From contig CAWHED010000005.1 in the NCBI GenBank assembly GCA_963828395.1, positions 9,290 to 73,289 on the forward strand: DNA of 64,000 nucleotides. Direction: 5' to 3'. The notes under the pieces are model-generated. The model did not search any database. It worked only from the letters and a program-made list of their open reading frames with translations, and was not told where the DNA came from. The position numbers were made by a program, and so were the translations under genes. Positions 1 through 12,483 of this stretch are shown one piece after another. The stretch comes from an uncultured Bacteroidales bacterium (lineage in GTDB: Bacteria; Bacteroidota; Bacteroidia; Bacteroidales; VadinHA17). Numbering within the stretch: position 1 is the stretch's first letter; each line of letters starts with the position of its first letter.

Positions 1-300
1 CCAAACAGTTCAATACCATGAGTTCTTGCAGTTTTCAAACAGTTGTGCAACCTGGTTCCTGGACAGTTCGTCCCGTATCTGCTTATCCTGATTTATAGTC
101 GGGATATTGTGATCGGCAACAGCAAGAGTCTTCTCCGGCCTGAAAACTCTTATACCTCTGTTATTAAGGCCGCTGAAGGCCTGGGGACTGGTGACCTCAT
201 GAATAAAGTGCTGATCAATATACAGCACGTCAAGGCCACCATCGATGTGACTCACCACATGATCATCCCAGATCTTATCAAAAAGTGTCTTTGCCTCCAT
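1..300 (-). CDS. leuC: 3-isopropylmalate dehydratase large subunit, N-terminal part. The gene runs off the window and has an apparent extra base near 22-24.
   Basis: ORF 10..300 starts MEAKTLFDKIWDDHVV and contains YIDQHFIHEVTSPQAF, typical of LeuC. After ENCK this frame hits TGA at 10-12, while the +1 frame continues THGIELF as expected for LeuC. Confidence 0.85.
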
Positions 301-342
301 TTAAAAATTATAGTTAACAGCCACCTTCCGGCGGGGTGCGGG

Positions 343-1836
343 TTACTTGATTTTATCGATAGCGTCAATAAAAGCTTCCACAGAAGCTGTGATTATATCT
401 GTATTGGCAGAAAAACCGTAGTAGGTTTTACCTTGGTGCTCAACCTGTATATGAACTTTCCCGATATCATCGCTGCCCTTTGTTATAGCCTGGATAAGAA
501 ACTCCTCCAGATGCACGGTCTTGCTTATCAATTGCCTGACCGCCGTAAAGGCAGCATCGATAGGCCCATTGCCTGATGAGGTGGCGGTATGGATTTCCCC
601 GTTTATCCTGATGCACACTGTTGCTACCGGTATCATTGATTTTCCGGATGTAACCTGCAACCGTTCCAGTTTAAGTGCTTTTTCTCCTTTGAAAACTTCG
701 CCGGAAAGGATCCTTATATCTTCATCGTTTATCTCCTTTTTCTTGTCGGCCATAACCAGGAAGCGATGATAGATGTCATCCAGTTCCTCCTTGCCAAACT
801 TCAGTCCAAGTAACTCAAGCCGGTGATTGAGAGCAGCTCTTCCGCTTCGTGCTGTAAGGATGATTGAAGATTCCCTTATGCCAACTTCCACAGGGTCAAT
901 TATTTCATAGTTCTCCCTGTTTTTGATAACCCCGTCCTGATGAATCCCTGATGAATGTGCAAATGCATTCCGTCCTACAATAGCTTTATTCGCCTGCACG
1001 GGCATGCTCATCAGGGTGGAGACGAGCCGGCTTGTACTGAAGATGAGCTTTGAATTTATGTTTGTTGTCAGGTTCAGATTGTGGTGGCTTTTAATTATCA
1101 TCGCCACCTCCTCGAGTGAAGTGTTACCCGCTCTCTCCCCGATACCGTTGATTGTTACCTCGACCTGCCGGGCTCCGTTAATGACACCCATCATTGTGTT
1201 TGCAGTAGCCATACCCAGATCATTATGGCAGTGGGTTGAAATCATGGCTTTTTCGATATTCGGTACATTTTCTTTCAGGAAACGGATCTTCTCACCGTAT
1301 TCTTCCGGGAGACAGTAACCTGTTGTATCCGGAATATTAACAACTGTTGCCCCGGCTTTTATTACAGCTTCAATTACCCTTGCCAGGTATTCGTTTTCGC
1401 TTCTTCCCGCGTCTTCAGCATAAAATTCCACATCATCGACAAATTTTTTTGCATACTTAACAGCATCCACAGCTCTTTTAATTGTCTCTTCAGGTGTTAT
1501 TTTGAGCTTGTACTTTATGTGAAAGGGGGAGGTACCGATACCTGTATGTATTCGCTTCTTTTTTGCATACTGAAGAGCCTCTGCGGCAACCTCAATATCT
1601 TTTTTCACAGCCCTGGTCAATGCGCAGATAATGGGATCAGAAATTGCTTTCGATATCTCAACCACTGACTGGAAATCTCCCGGACTTGAAACAGGGAATC
1701 CGGCCTCAATAATATCGACACCCAGCGCTTCAAGAGCCCGGGCGACTTCAATTTTTTCTATTGTATTAAGCTGGCACCCGGGAACCTGCTCACCATCCCT
1801 GAGGGTGGTGTCAAAAATAATTATCCTGTCGTTCAT
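343..1836 (-). CDS. leuA: 2-isopropylmalate synthase
   Basis: ORF 343..1905. The conserved N-terminus [17 protein letters not shown] begins at the ATG at 1836. It lies downstream of ilvC in the same operon. Confidence 0.93.
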   Translation of the reverse strand: MNDRIIIFDTTLRDGEQVPGCQLNTIEKIEVARALEALGVDIIEAGFPVSSPGDFQSVVEISKAISDPIICALTRAVKKDIEVAAEALQYAKKKRIHTGIGTSPFHIKYKLKITPEETIKRAVDAVKYAKKFVDDVEFYAEDAGRSENEYLARVIEAVIKAGATVVNIPDTTGYCLPEEYGEKIRFLKENVPNIEKAMISTHCHNDLGMATANTMMGVINGARQVEVTINGIGERAGNTSLEEVAMIIKSHHNLNLTTNINSKLIFSTSRLVSTLMSMPVQANKAIVGRNAFAHSSGIHQDGVIKNRENYEIIDPVEVGIRESSIILTARSGRAALNHRLELLGLKFGKEELDDIYHRFLVMADKKKEINDEDIRILSGEVFKGEKALKLERLQVTSGKSMIPVATVCIRINGEIHTATSSGNGPIDAAFTAVRQLISKTVHLEEFLIQAITKGSDDIGKVHIQVEHQGKTYYGFSANTDIITASVEAFIDAIDKIK

Positions 1837-1859
1837 CTTTGTATTTTTTATACCCATGT

Positions 1860-2903
1860 TTATTTTCCGGGCCTGAGTTTTCTGACCATTGCACCTGCCT
1901 GCCACATTTCTGAATTGTGCAGTTCATCAAGTTCAGTGGTCAGCTTTTCCCGGTAATCAGGCTGTCTGTTTGCTTCAATAGTTATCCTGGCTTCATTGCC
2001 GCTGGCTACGCTTTCATACAGTTTGTCAAATACGGGAGCAACAGCATCGCGAAACTTGTTTTTCCAGTCGAGAGCACCTCTCTGGGCTGTTGTTGAGCAA
2101 TTGGCATACATCCAATCCATTCCGTTTTCTGCAACAAGAGGGAGAAGGCTCTGTGATAATTCCTCCACAGTTTCATTGAAAGCCTCGGACGGGGAATGAC
2201 CCTTTTTTCGCAGAAGATTATACTGTGCTTCCATTATGCCTGCAATGGCACCCATAAGAACGCCTCTTTCCCCTGTAAGATCGCTGTATACTTCCTTTTT
2301 AAAGTCAGTTTCAAAAAGATATCCGGAACCAACTCCGATGCCCAGGGCAAATACCCTTTCCCGGGCTTTTCCTGTAGCATCCTGGTACACTGCATAGCTT
2401 GAATTGAGTCCTTTCCCTTCAAGGAAAAGACGGCGAAGGGATGTTCCCGAACCCTTGGGTGCAATCAGGATCACGTCAACATCCGCAGGTGGCACAATGC
2501 CGGTCTGATCATTGAATGTTATGCCGAAACCATGAGAAAAATAAAGGGCTTTTCCCTTCGTAAGGTGCTTCTTCACCACCGGCCACGAAGCAATCTGTCC
2601 GGCATCAGAAAGAAGGTATTGAATTATTGTACCTCTTTTGCATGCCTCCTCGATTTCGAAAAGATCATTACCTTCTTCCCATCCGTCCCTGACGGCTTTG
2701 TCCCAGGAAGAGGAATTCTTCCTCTGGCCAACAATTACATTAAGCTCGTTGTCTTTCAGGTTAAGCGACTGGCCTGGACCCTGGACGCCGTATCCTATTA
2801 CGGCAATTACTTCATTTTTTAAGACCTCACGGGCCTTTGAGAGCGGGAATTCAGCCCTGGTTACCACATTTTCAGTTACGCCTCCAAAATTTATTTTTGC
2901 CAT
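1860..2903 (-). CDS. ilvC: ketol-acid reductoisomerase
   Basis: 347 aa with the Rossmann segment [21 protein letters not shown]. The size matches class I ketol-acid reductoisomerases. Confidence 0.95.
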   Translation of the reverse strand: MAKINFGGVTENVVTRAEFPLSKAREVLKNEVIAVIGYGVQGPGQSLNLKDNELNVIVGQRKNSSSWDKAVRDGWEEGNDLFEIEEACKRGTIIQYLLSDAGQIASWPVVKKHLTKGKALYFSHGFGITFNDQTGIVPPADVDVILIAPKGSGTSLRRLFLEGKGLNSSYAVYQDATGKARERVFALGIGVGSGYLFETDFKKEVYSDLTGERGVLMGAIAGIMEAQYNLLRKKGHSPSEAFNETVEELSQSLLPLVAENGMDWMYANCSTTAQRGALDWKNKFRDAVAPVFDKLYESVASGNEARITIEANRQPDYREKLTTELDELHNSEMWQAGAMVRKLRPGK

Positions 2904-2933
2904 GATTTCCGGTTATTTGATTATTATCAGTTC

Positions 2934-3494
2934 TTAATTAACAATTTCAATTTCCTGCGGTTCCGGGCGCTTTGCCTCATCCATCTCCTTCAGGTAAGAA
3001 TTTAATTCCTTTACCTGCTTTGTGATTGCCACACGTCCTGACCTTACAAACTGCAAGACTCCGTAAGGCCCGAGCTGGCTCAGCAGATCAGTTATTTCAG
3101 CTTTGTGCCCGGTTTTTTCGATAACGACATATTCGGGAGTGACTTCAAGTATACGGGCATGATGTCCCCGGACAATATGATCAATGATATTTCCCGACAT
3201 TAATCCCCGTGTTGCAACTTTGAACATCGCTATTTCCTGATAAATTATTTCATCGGATGTGTGCACAAAGACCTTCAGTACGTCAACCAGCTTTTCCATT
3301 TGCCTGGTCACTTTTCTTACCATTTCCGGAGATGTAATAACTACCAGCGTCCACAGATGTACACCGGAGACGGCAGATTCAGAAGCTGTTATGCTCTCTA
3401 TATTTATTTGCCTCCTGGTAAGGATTATTGTTATCTGATTAAGTATACCGATGTGATTCTCGGTAAAAAGTGACAAAGTATATTCGTTTTTCAT
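2934..3494 (-). CDS. ilvN: acetolactate synthase small (regulatory) subunit
   Basis: 186 aa with an N-terminal ACT-like segment YTLSLFTENHIGILNQITIILTRRQINIESI. It sits directly downstream of the large subunit gene. Confidence 0.9.
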   Translation of the reverse strand: MKNEYTLSLFTENHIGILNQITIILTRRQINIESITASESAVSGVHLWTLVVITSPEMVRKVTRQMEKLVDVLKVFVHTSDEIIYQEIAMFKVATRGLMSGNIIDHIVRGHHARILEVTPEYVVIEKTGHKAEITDLLSQLGPYGVLQFVRSGRVAITKQVKELNSYLKEMDEAKRPEPQEIEIVN

Positions 3495-3506
3495 GTTTCC
3501 GTTGTT

Positions 3507-5246
3507 TTAATTTGTCAGTCTTACATCCGAAACTGATGAACCCGGTTCGACCATTGGCAGAACATTTGCTTCCTTGCAAATCGTAACGTCAAGCAGGTAA
3601 GGCACATCTGCGGCAAGCATCTCTGCCAGTGTTTTTTCAAGATCCCTTCTTGCCGATACTTTCTTTGAGTTAATATTAAATCCCTCGGCTATCTTGATAA
3701 AATCAGGGTTGACCAGGGCAGTCGAGGCATATCGTTTATTGTAGAACATATCCTGCCATTGCCTGACCATCCCGAGAAAACTGTTATTCAGGATAATTAT
3801 CTTAACAGGAATCTGATACTGAAGAATGGTTCCAAGTTCCTGGATTGTCATCTGGAAGCCTCCGTCACCAAGGAATACCACAACCTGTTTATCAGGTCTT
3901 CCGATTTTAGCGCCAATAGAAGCCGGAAGTCCAAAGCCCATCGTTCCCATACCACCTGATGTCACCAGGCTGTTTGGATTTTTAAATTTATAATACCGGG
4001 CGGCAGACATCTGGTTTTGTCCCACATCTGTAACAATTATAGCATCCCCGTGTGTCAGGTCCGACACCAGCCGGACAACTTCACCCATTCTGATCTCACC
4101 CGATTCTGGTTCTGTCTCGGACCTTATGACCTTTTCATATTCTGTTTTATCACATATTCGGAATTCCCTGATCCATTTTGCAAATGAGTTTTCTTTCACC
4201 AGGGGTATCAGGTATCGTAACACTTCACGGGCATCATTATTTATTTCAAGATCGACCTGTACATTTTTATTGATTTCTGCTTCGTCTATTTCGATATGTA
4301 TTATCCTGGCGTTCTTTGCATATTTCTTCAGGTTGCCTGTTACACGGTCATCAAAACGCATTCCCACGGCAATTATAAGGTCAGCCTGATTTGTAAGAAT
4401 ATTTGGGCCGAAGTTACCGTGCATGCCAAGCATTCCTGCATATAATCTGTGACCATAAGGAAAGGCTGAGAGACCCAGCAGGGTCAGGGCAACAGGTATT
4501 CCGGTTTTCTCGGCAAATTCTTTAAGTTCATTTTCCGCACCTGAGAGAAGGACCCCATGCCCGGCAAGGATTAAAGGTTTTTCAGCATGGTTGATCATTA
4601 TGGCTGCTGATTCTATCTCCCTGGTATGCAATGGTATCCTGGGGTTATAGCTTCTCAGGTATTCACATTTATTGTATCTGAAACTGAGTTTTTCAATCTG
4701 GGCATCTTTGGCCACATCAATCAGGACCGGTCCGGGACGTCCCGATTTTGCAATATAAAATGCCTTTGCTATCGTGTCGGGTATATCCTCCGCTCTTTTG
4801 ACCTGGCAGTTCCATTTTGTGACCGGCATTGAAACACCAAGAATGTCAGTCTCCTGAAATGCGTCTGTCCCTATCAGGTTTGATACCACCTGTGCGGTTA
4901 TGAAAACAACTGGAACTGAATCAAGGAAGGCGTTTGCAATACCTGTAACCAGGTTTGTTGCCCCGGGACCGGATGTTGCGAAGCAGACCCCCGGCTTTCC
5001 GGTCACCATTGCATAAGCCTGAGCTGCATGCGCAGCTCCCTGTTCATGACGGGTAAGTATATGACGGAGCTTATCTTCATAATCAAGCAGTTTGTCATAA
5101 ACAGGCATGATGGCACCTCCCGGATATCCGAATATAGTGTCCACCCCTTCCTGAATGAGACACTTGAGCAGCGCTTCAGCTCCTGAAATCTGCTCCTTAC
5201 CGTTTGTCTTTTCAGCTACTGATTGTATTATTTGTTTGCTTTTCAT
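3507..5246 (-). CDS. ilvB: acetolactate synthase large (catalytic) subunit
   Basis: ORF 3507..5324 contains [30 protein letters not shown] and the ThDP motif [16 protein letters not shown] prefer the ATG at 5246 (MKSKQII) because the longer ORF overlaps the ilvD stop. Confidence 0.93.
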   Translation of the reverse strand: MKSKQIIQSVAEKTNGKEQISGAEALLKCLIQEGVDTIFGYPGGAIMPVYDKLLDYEDKLRHILTRHEQGAAHAAQAYAMVTGKPGVCFATSGPGATNLVTGIANAFLDSVPVVFITAQVVSNLIGTDAFQETDILGVSMPVTKWNCQVKRAEDIPDTIAKAFYIAKSGRPGPVLIDVAKDAQIEKLSFRYNKCEYLRSYNPRIPLHTREIESAAIMINHAEKPLILAGHGVLLSGAENELKEFAEKTGIPVALTLLGLSAFPYGHRLYAGMLGMHGNFGPNILTNQADLIIAVGMRFDDRVTGNLKKYAKNARIIHIEIDEAEINKNVQVDLEINNDAREVLRYLIPLVKENSFAKWIREFRICDKTEYEKVIRSETEPESGEIRMGEVVRLVSDLTHGDAIIVTDVGQNQMSAARYYKFKNPNSLVTSGGMGTMGFGLPASIGAKIGRPDKQVVVFLGDGGFQMTIQELGTILQYQIPVKIIILNNSFLGMVRQWQDMFYNKRYASTALVNPDFIKIAEGFNINSKKVSARRDLEKTLAEMLAADVPYLLDVTICKEANVLPMVEPGSSVSDVRLTN

Positions 5247-5316
5247 TTTAAGTTTTGCTTGGTCCTGATTATTTTGTCTCTTTCTGCCCCATTCTCCATG
5301 CACCATGCCCTGTGCT

Positions 5317-7143
5317 TCATACAATTCTCACCGCTCCCTTGTCAGCTGAGCTTACTGTTGCAGCATAGGCTTTTAGTGAAGACGGTATTTCACGCCGGCA
5401 ATTCTTTGGCCTGTAGGCCATTTCTCCTTTTGCTTCTTCCTCTTTATGTCTTTTAATAATCTCATTTTCAGAAATGTTAACATTTATCTTCCGGTTTTCA
5501 ATATCAATGTCTATCCGGTCTTCTTCTCTGAGAAGTGCAATTTCTCCTCCGGCAGCAGCCTCCGGGGAGACATGCCCGATTGAAAGTCCGGAAGTACCGC
5601 CTGAAAAACGGCCATCGGTTATTAAGGCACATTTCTTATCAAGACCTTTTGATTTCAGGTAGGAGGTAGGATAGAGCATCTCCTGCATTCCGGGTCCTCC
5701 TTTCGGACCTTCGTACCTGATCACGATCACATCTCCTGCGCGCACCTTGTCATTCAGAATTCCTTCCACAGCTTCTTCCTGTGATTCGAAGATCACTGCA
5801 TGACCTGAAAATGTAAAGATTGAAGGGTCAATGCCTGCTGTTTTGACTATGCATCCGTTTTTTGCAATGTTTCCATAGAGGACAGCAAGACCACCTTCTT
5901 TGTTGTAGGGATATTTTATACTTCTTATACATCCGTTTTCCCTGTCGGTATCAAGTGTGTCGTAAAGAGTGTCCTGAGAAGCCAATTCAAGGCTTCTCTT
6001 CATCCCCGGAGCGCTTCTGCAGTATTCATATGCGAGCTGCAATGCCTTTTCTCCCGAAATATCCCAGTCAGAAATTGCATCATGAAGGGTTGGATAATCT
6101 ATCCTTTTTACAGAGCTGTCTATCAGATTGTTCCGTTCCAATTCACCAAGAATGGCAAAAATACCTCCGGCACGATTTACATCCTGTATATGATATTTCG
6201 AACTTGGAGAAACTTTACATAATGTGGGTATTGAACGGGAAAGCAGATCAATATCTTTCATGGAAAAATCAACACCGGCTTCATGTGCAATCGCAAGAAG
6301 GTGAAGAACGGTATTTGTTGACCCCCCCATTGCAATATCCAGCGACATGGCGTTTTTAAATGCCTGCCTGGTTGCTATTGACCTCGGAAGAACGGTGTCA
6401 TCACCCTCGTTGTAGTATCTGTTCGCCAGATCAACTATCAGCCTCGCAGCTTTCTCAAAAAGCCTCATTCTATTTTGATGTGTGGCTACTATTGTTCCAT
6501 TACCCGGAAGTGCCAGACCCAGCGATTCATTCAGGCAATTCATTGAATTCGCCGTGAACATACCTGAACAAGAGCCGCATGTTGGACATGCCGCCATTTC
6601 AATATTATTAAGATCTTTATCACTTACTGAACTGTCAGCAGCAGATACCATTGCATCTATCAGGTCGAGAGACCTGTTGTTGTAATTTCCAGCCTCCATC
6701 GGTCCGCCGGAAACAAATACCGCGGGTATGTTAAGCCTCATGGCAGCCATCAGCATGCCGGGGGTGATCTTGTCGCAATTACTGATACAGATCATTGCAT
6801 CTGCACGATGCGCATTGCACACATACTCGACACTGTCGGCAATAAGCTCTCTCGAAGGTAAAGAATAGAGCATCCCTTCGTGGCCCATGGCAATGCCGTC
6901 ATCAATTGCTATTGTATTGAATTCAGCTGCGAAGAGGCCAAGTTTCCCAATCTCTTTTTTAATGATCTGGCCAATGTTATGAAGATGGACATGTCCCGGA
7001 ACGAACTGGGTAAATGAGTTTACAATAGCAATGACCGGTTTTCCGAAGTGTTCATCTTTCATGCCATTAGCACGCCAGAGGCTTCTTGCGCCGGCCATGT
7101 TCCTTCCTGTGACCGTTATTGCACTCCTGAGTTGATTCTTCAT
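5317..7143 (-). CDS. ilvD: dihydroxy-acid dehydratase
   Basis: 608 aa with the IlvD/Edd motifs [18 protein letters not shown] and [22 protein letters not shown]. Confidence 0.95.
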   Translation of the reverse strand: MKNQLRSAITVTGRNMAGARSLWRANGMKDEHFGKPVIAIVNSFTQFVPGHVHLHNIGQIIKKEIGKLGLFAAEFNTIAIDDGIAMGHEGMLYSLPSRELIADSVEYVCNAHRADAMICISNCDKITPGMLMAAMRLNIPAVFVSGGPMEAGNYNNRSLDLIDAMVSAADSSVSDKDLNNIEMAACPTCGSCSGMFTANSMNCLNESLGLALPGNGTIVATHQNRMRLFEKAARLIVDLANRYYNEGDDTVLPRSIATRQAFKNAMSLDIAMGGSTNTVLHLLAIAHEAGVDFSMKDIDLLSRSIPTLCKVSPSSKYHIQDVNRAGGIFAILGELERNNLIDSSVKRIDYPTLHDAISDWDISGEKALQLAYEYCRSAPGMKRSLELASQDTLYDTLDTDRENGCIRSIKYPYNKEGGLAVLYGNIAKNGCIVKTAGIDPSIFTFSGHAVIFESQEEAVEGILNDKVRAGDVIVIRYEGPKGGPGMQEMLYPTSYLKSKGLDKKCALITDGRFSGGTSGLSIGHVSPEAAAGGEIALLREEDRIDIDIENRKINVNISENEIIKRHKEEEAKGEMAYRPKNCRREIPSSLKAYAATVSSADKGAVRIV

Positions 7144-7160
7144 AGGTCCAAAAACACATT

Positions 7161-7194
7161 AAAAAAAAAGCTTCCCGGATTTCCGGAAAGCTTC
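7161..7194 (-). terminator. intrinsic terminator 17 nt upstream of the ilvD start codon (attenuator terminator)
   Basis: The minus-strand RNA reads GAAGCUUUCCGG-AAAU-CCGGGAAGCUU followed by U9. The stem is fully paired only on the minus strand, with one G-U pair. Confidence 0.8.
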
Positions 7195-7227
7195 TGTATA
7201 CTTATTGTGTTACATATTTTTCCCGGA

Positions 7228-7284
7228 TCAACTGCTTGCGGCAATGATAGTGAGGGAAATAATATATAATATAGATTTCACCAC
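7228..7284 (-). promoter_or_regulatory. putative ilv-leu leader peptide ORF (18 codons, GTG start)
   Basis: The minus strand reads GTG GTG AAA TCT ATA TTA TAT ATT ATT TCC CTC ACT ATC ATT GCC GCA AGC AGT TGA, which translates to VVKSILYIISLTIIAASS (5 Ile, 2 Leu, 2 Val). The UCCGGGAA right after the stop can pair with UUUCCGGA, the left arm of the terminator. Confidence 0.45.
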
Positions 7285-7306
7285 TTATTCATTAATAATT
7301 GAGGTT

Positions 7307-7336
7307 CAAAAGTACATAATTTTATTACAAACCAAA
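7307..7336 (-). promoter_or_regulatory. Bacteroidota-type promoter for the ilv leader
   Basis: The minus strand has TACTTTTG (a TAnnTTTG -7 box, plus-strand 7307-7314). TTTG elements lie 13 and 18 nt upstream, at plus-strand 7328-7331 and 7333-7336. Confidence 0.5.
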
Positions 7337-7354
7337 TTAATTATCAATTTTTCT

Positions 7355-7769
7355 TTATTTCGTAATTCTTAAGTCGAGAAAAATTGAAATTATTTTATGT
7401 ACTATAATTCTTAAAATAACCACATTACCTTTCCGGGAAAGCAACAATAAATTATGCAGTATTATTTTTTGGCTCTTCTGAATTCCCCTGCCGCCGAGAA
7501 AGCCCCAGCCACCACTGCCAAGAATGAACCCCAGTGCATAGAAACCTCCGTTGTTGTTCTGTGCATACATAGTGATCTCATCACTGAAGAGCATGCCTAT
7601 AAGATCAAACGGAGCTATAAATCCATGCCATAAGCCACCTAGGAAGCCATAAGTATGACCGGTAAGGCATTGGCCAACTGACTTCATACTGGGCACATCC
7701 TGTGACAAACAACAGAATGACTACAGCTACTGAAAGCAAGAAACGTTTTTGTGAAAATAGAGTTTTCAT
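7355..7769 (-). pseudogene. small Gly-rich membrane lipoprotein, apparently frameshifted
   Basis: The ATG at 7769 opens MKTLFSQKRFLLSVAVVILLFVTGC, a lipoprotein signal peptide. Near 7688 the sensible reading moves to ORF 7355..7708 (MKSVGQCLTGHTYGFLGGLWHGFIAPFDLIGMLF...GSGGWGFLGG). The 415-nt span is 3n+1. Confidence 0.5.
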
Positions 7770-7844
7770 AATCCGGTTATTGTTGGTTATACAGCAACAA
7801 GTTAGACTAAAAAACCAAGAAAAGTATTATGAACAGGCTGCTTA

Positions 7845-9039
7845 TTACCCCAGGACTCCCAGTTCGCGTCCGACTTTTGTGAAAGCTGAGATTGCCTTGT
7901 CAAGATGTTCTCTTTCATGCGCAGCCGAAAGCTGCACCCTGATTCGTGCCTGACCCTTGGGTACTACCGGATAATAAAATCCGATTACATAAATACCCTC
8001 GCTGAGCAGTCTTGAGGCCAGTTCCTGCGCAAGCTTCGCATCATAGAGCATCACGGCGCAAATAGCCGATTGCGTGGGTTTAATGTCAAAACCTGCTTTC
8101 AGCATCTTTTCAACAAAATATTCAGTATTGTTATGAAGCTTGTCCTGCAGCTCATTGGTCTCAGTCATCATCTCAAGCATCCTGGTCCCTGCCGCAGCCA
8201 CCATCGGAGGGATGGAGTTGGAGAACAGATATGGCCGTGAGCGCTGGCGAAGCATCTCAATGATCTCTCTTGCGCCCGGTGGTGAAGCCTCCTATGGCTC
8301 CGCCGAAAGCCTTGCCGAGGGTGCCGGTGATTATCTCGATCTTTCCCCTGAGGTTATACAAGCTCGGTGACACCGTCGTCCTGTTTTTCCTACCACACCG
8401 GCTGAATGTGATTCGTCAACCATGACCATGGCGTTGTATTTCCCGGCGAGCTCATAAATCTTACCAAGCGGGGCCACATTACCGTCCATTGAAAAAACGC
8501 CATCGGTGACAATAAGACGGAAGCGTTGTTCCTGGGCCAGCTGCAGTTGTGTCTCAAGGTCTTCCATGTCAGCGTTCTCATACCGGTACCGCTGTGCCTT
8601 GCACAGGCGCACCCCGTCAATGATGGAGGCATGATTCAGAGAGTCCGAGATTATTGCATCTTCACTTGTAAGCAACGGTTCAAACACCCCGCCGTTGGCA
8701 TCAAAGCATGCCGCGTACAGAATGGTGTCTTCAGTACCGAAAAACTCAGCTATCTCCTTTTCCAGCTCCTTATGAAGATCCCCCGTACCGCAGATGAACC
8801 GTACTGATGACATGCCGTAACCATGTGTGTCAAGAGCATGTTTTGCAGCTTCGACCAAGCTTTTTACTTGCAGACAGCCCAAGGTAGTTGTTTGCACAGA
8901 AATTAAGTACTGTCTGACCGGAATCAAGCGTGATCTCAGCACCCTGCGGTGACACAATTACACGTTCATTCTTATAAAGCCCGGCCTCTTTTATTTCCCT
9001 GAGCTGGATACCGAGATAATCCTGGTAATTATTGTACAT
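7845..9039 (-). pseudogene. kbl: glycine C-acetyltransferase (2-amino-3-ketobutyrate CoA ligase), broken by four single-base insertions
   Basis: Fragments 8830..9099, 8331..8957 and 7845..8255 join to a canonical Kbl. Recognisable segments are [82 protein letters not shown] and GFYYPVVPKGQARIRVQLSAAH. Frame changes are near 8863, 8374, 8362 and 8268. The 1195 nt equal 3n+1, consistent with four insertions. Confidence 0.9.
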
Positions 9040-9161
9040 CTGATTACAGTATTCACAAAAACGGATGCAAAGATGGTGTTTTAGCAGCTGATTATTCAAT
9101 GATGATAATCATCCATCTCAGCTTAGTAATTAACAGGATTGTCTATCCGGCAGCGAGGTTG

Positions 9162-10410
9162 TTACTGCCCGTATTTTTCTATAATCTGTTCTTTTGTAAG
9201 TCCGAGTATGTCATATTTTATGCCTGTTTTAATGAATGCAGACAGGGCTTTGTCGAGGTGGCTGATTTCGTGACCTGCACTTATCTGGGTTCTTATCCTC
9301 GCCTGTCCGTTGGGAACAACAGGGAAGAAGAAACCTATCGCGTAGATGCCCTCATTATAAAGATCCTTTGAAAAGTCCTGTGACAGTTTTGCATTGAAAA
9401 GCATTACCGGAACAATTGGGGTGTTGCCGTCTTTCAGGATAAACCCTGCTTCCGTAAGTCCTTTCCGCCAGTAGGCTGCGTTTTTCTCAAGCTTATCGCG
9501 CCTCTCCGTGCTTGATGAGAGGATATCAAATACCTTCAGTACGCCTGATACAATGACCGGTGCAATGGTATTTGAAAAAAGGTAGGGGCGTGCCTTCTGC
9601 CGGCACATATCAACTATTTCCTTCCTTCCTGAGACGCAGCCTCCTGACGCTCCTCCAAGAGCTTTACCAAAAGTCGTGGTTATAATATCAATCTTACCGA
9701 AGACTTTACAAAACTCATGTGTTCCGCGACCTGTTTTTCCGATGAAAGCCTGTAGCATGCGAATCATCCACAAGCAGCATTGCTCCGTATTTTTCACACA
9801 GATTCACCATTTCATCGAGTCTGGCGGTATCTCCATCCATTGAGAAAACTCCGTCAGTGATAACCAGCTTCAGCCGTTTGTCTGCATGCAGCATGAGTTT
9901 CTCCTCCAGGTGCTCCATGCTCGAGTGCTTGAAGGTATCGTGTTGTGCGCTGCAGAGCCTCATTCCATCGATAATTGAAGCATGAACGAGCCTGTCGGAT
10001 ATCATTATGTCCTCACTGGTGAGTATAGCTTCGAAGACACCGGCATTGGCATCCATGCATGAAGGGAATAGTATTGTGTCTTCGGTGCCGAGAAATTCCG
10101 TCACCTTGTTTTCCAGCTCCCGGTGAATATCCTGTGTTCCACATATAAAACGAACGGAAGACATGCCGTAACCCCTGCTCCCAAGTCCGTCATGAGCTGC
10201 TTTGATCACCTCCGGGTGGCTTGAGAGGCCAAGGTAGTTGTTCGAGCACATGTTAATGACCTTTTTGAGGTCAGAACCTGCAGGGAACTCGACTTCAATA
10301 TCGGCTGCCTGTGCACTGTGTATGAACCGCTCCTCCTTGAAAATGCCGGCGATTTTTATCTCTGCCAGTTGTGCCTGGTAGATATCTCTGGTTTTTTCAG
10401 TGTAGCTCAT
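9162..10410 (-). pseudogene. Kbl/BioF-family alpha-oxoamine synthase paralogue (PLP-dependent), one frameshift
   Basis: Fragments 9715..10410 and 9162..9797 contain [71 protein letters not shown] (PLP lysine) and GFFFPVVPNGQARIRTQISAGH. The frame change is near 9745. The 1249 nt equal 3n+1. Confidence 0.88.
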
Positions 10411-10422
10411 GATATCCTGGAT

Positions 10423-10686
10423 TTATTTGTTCAGATATTGATTTACCAGCCCCACTATGTTGTTCACGCTGTCAAAGGCTTCAGGTGTTGCTTTGCTTGG
10501 CGGTATCTTGATTTTGAATTTATTCTCAAGAAAAACAAGAAGTGAGACCATCGAGAATGAGTCGACATATCCGCTTGAGATCAGTGGTGTTTCATACGTA
10601 ATCTTGACATCCTCATCATCAACATATTCCTTTACAACATATTTAAGGATCATCTCCTTCATCTCATTCAGGGCATTTTCTTCCAT
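10423..10686 (-). CDS. acyl carrier protein (phosphopantetheine-binding)
   Basis: 87 aa and acidic, with the carrier-protein serine motif SSGYVDSFSMVSLLVFLE. Confidence 0.8.
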   Translation of the reverse strand: MEENALNEMKEMILKYVVKEYVDDEDVKITYETPLISSGYVDSFSMVSLLVFLENKFKIKIPPSKATPEAFDSVNNIVGLVNQYLNK

Positions 10687-10729
10687 AATTGATATCTATT
10701 AAGTTAAAGAACAAAAATAGTCAAATGGT

Positions 10730-12452
10730 TTAATCATTTTCAAGAGTTGAGATGTCACCAACCTCCTCGCCCCACTCCCTGGCATGAAGAACTCTCCTCA
10801 TGATTTTTCCACTGCGCGTTTTGGGCAGGTTTTCGACAAATTCAACAGCCTGGGGCATGGCCATAGGTGACAGTCTTTTTCTGATGAAGTTCATAATATC
10901 AAGCTCAAGGTCCGGCCCCGGGATAAATCCAGGTTTAAGGGTTATGAATGCCTTAACGACTTCCATGTTGATCTCATCCGGTTTTGAGGTGACGGCTGAC
11001 TCGCCGACGGCAGGATGTTCCAGAAGAGCCGATTCGACTTCAAACGGACTCACAAGGTGCCCGGCGGTGTTGATTACATCATCGTCACGCCCTATGAACC
11101 AGAAATAGCCTTCATTGTCAATAGTTGACCTGTCGCCGGAGAGATACCATCCGTTCACAAATTTTTCCCGGTACTTTTCTTCATTTCTCCAGTACGTTCT
11201 CATCATTGCGGGCCAGCCCGGCCTGAAGGCGATCAGGCCTGCCTTGCCAGGCTCGGTCAGCGGAACAAATGTCACAGGGTCAAGCACCGTGGCGGTGATG
11301 CCCGGAAAAGGTTTTCCCATTGACCCGGGCTTGATCTTCATGCCCGGGAAGTTGGTGATCATGATCGAGCCCGTTTCTGTCTGCCAGAACGTATCGTGAA
11401 AAGGTTTGCCGAATACTCTCTGCGACCAGATCACTGCCTCAGAATTTAAGGGCTCGCCAACGCTTGCCAGGTGACGAAGTGAGGTGAGATCAAAATTTTT
11501 CACAACCTCATCTCCGGCTTTCATCAGCGACCTTATGGCTGTGGGAGCGGAGTACCACACCGTTACCCTGTACTTCTCAATGAACCTGTACCAGGCCTGT
11601 GCCGAGAACCCAGTATCAAGGACGCATTGTGTAGCCCCAAGACTCCATGGCCCAATTATTCCGTATGATGTTCCGGTGACCCATCCGGGATCGGCCGTGC
11701 ACCAGTAAATATCCTCATCATGCAGGTCCAGGACCCACTTGGTTGTAAGATATTGTGAAATAAGCGAATAATGAACATGCTTTACTCCCTTGGGCTGTCC
11801 TGTTGTGCCTGATGTATAATGCAGTACGGAAGGTGACTCGGCAGTGGCAGGAAAGACATCAAAATGCTCAACCGGCTTTGAATCATCAAGGCTGAAGAGT
11901 ACTTCCCCTTTTTTCAGTTCGCCAGGTTTTACGGCGTCAACAATAATCACAAATTCAAGACCGGGAAGCCTTGAACGGATCTTCCTGACTTTTGACAGGT
12001 GTTTCTTCTGGGTAATGACAGCTCTTGTGTGTGCATTCTCCAGTCTTACGAACGAAAGAATCTTCACCGAAAGCTGAGAAGAGAGGCTGTACAATAGCTC
12101 CGGTCTTAAGGATACCGAGAAATGAGAGATATAGTTCGGGTATCCTGTCCATGAAAAGACACACCCTGTCACCATCTGTAATGCCAAGCTTACGCAGAAA
12201 AGTGCCGATGGTATTTCCGGCAAGCCTGATGTCATTAAACGTATATTTTTTTTCAATTCCCCCAAACCCTTCATAAAAAAGGGCTGTCTTATCTGCGTTC
12301 CCCTTATCGCAGATCCTGTCGGAACAATACCATCCGATGTTGATAATATCACCATGATTGTACTCCAGATCTTTCTCTGCTATGCTCCAGTCGAAATCTC
12401 TGGTCAGTTCTTCATATGTCGGATGTTCAGCCATGAGAGTTCTCTTTGACAT
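10730..12452 (-). pseudogene. AcsA-type acetyl/short-chain acyl AMP-forming ligase, one frameshift
   Basis: Fragments 11955..12452 and 10730..12355 contain YTSGTTGQPKGV, FWQTETGS, YLSGD, GRDDDVINTAGH and PKTRSGKIMRR, with tail GDISTLEND. The join SAFGEDS / RLENAHTRAVIT resembles Bacillus AcsA. The frame change is near 12047. The 1723 nt equal 3n+1. Confidence 0.88.
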
Positions 12453-12483
12453 TAAGTTAGGACTATTTTATAATATGGCATCA

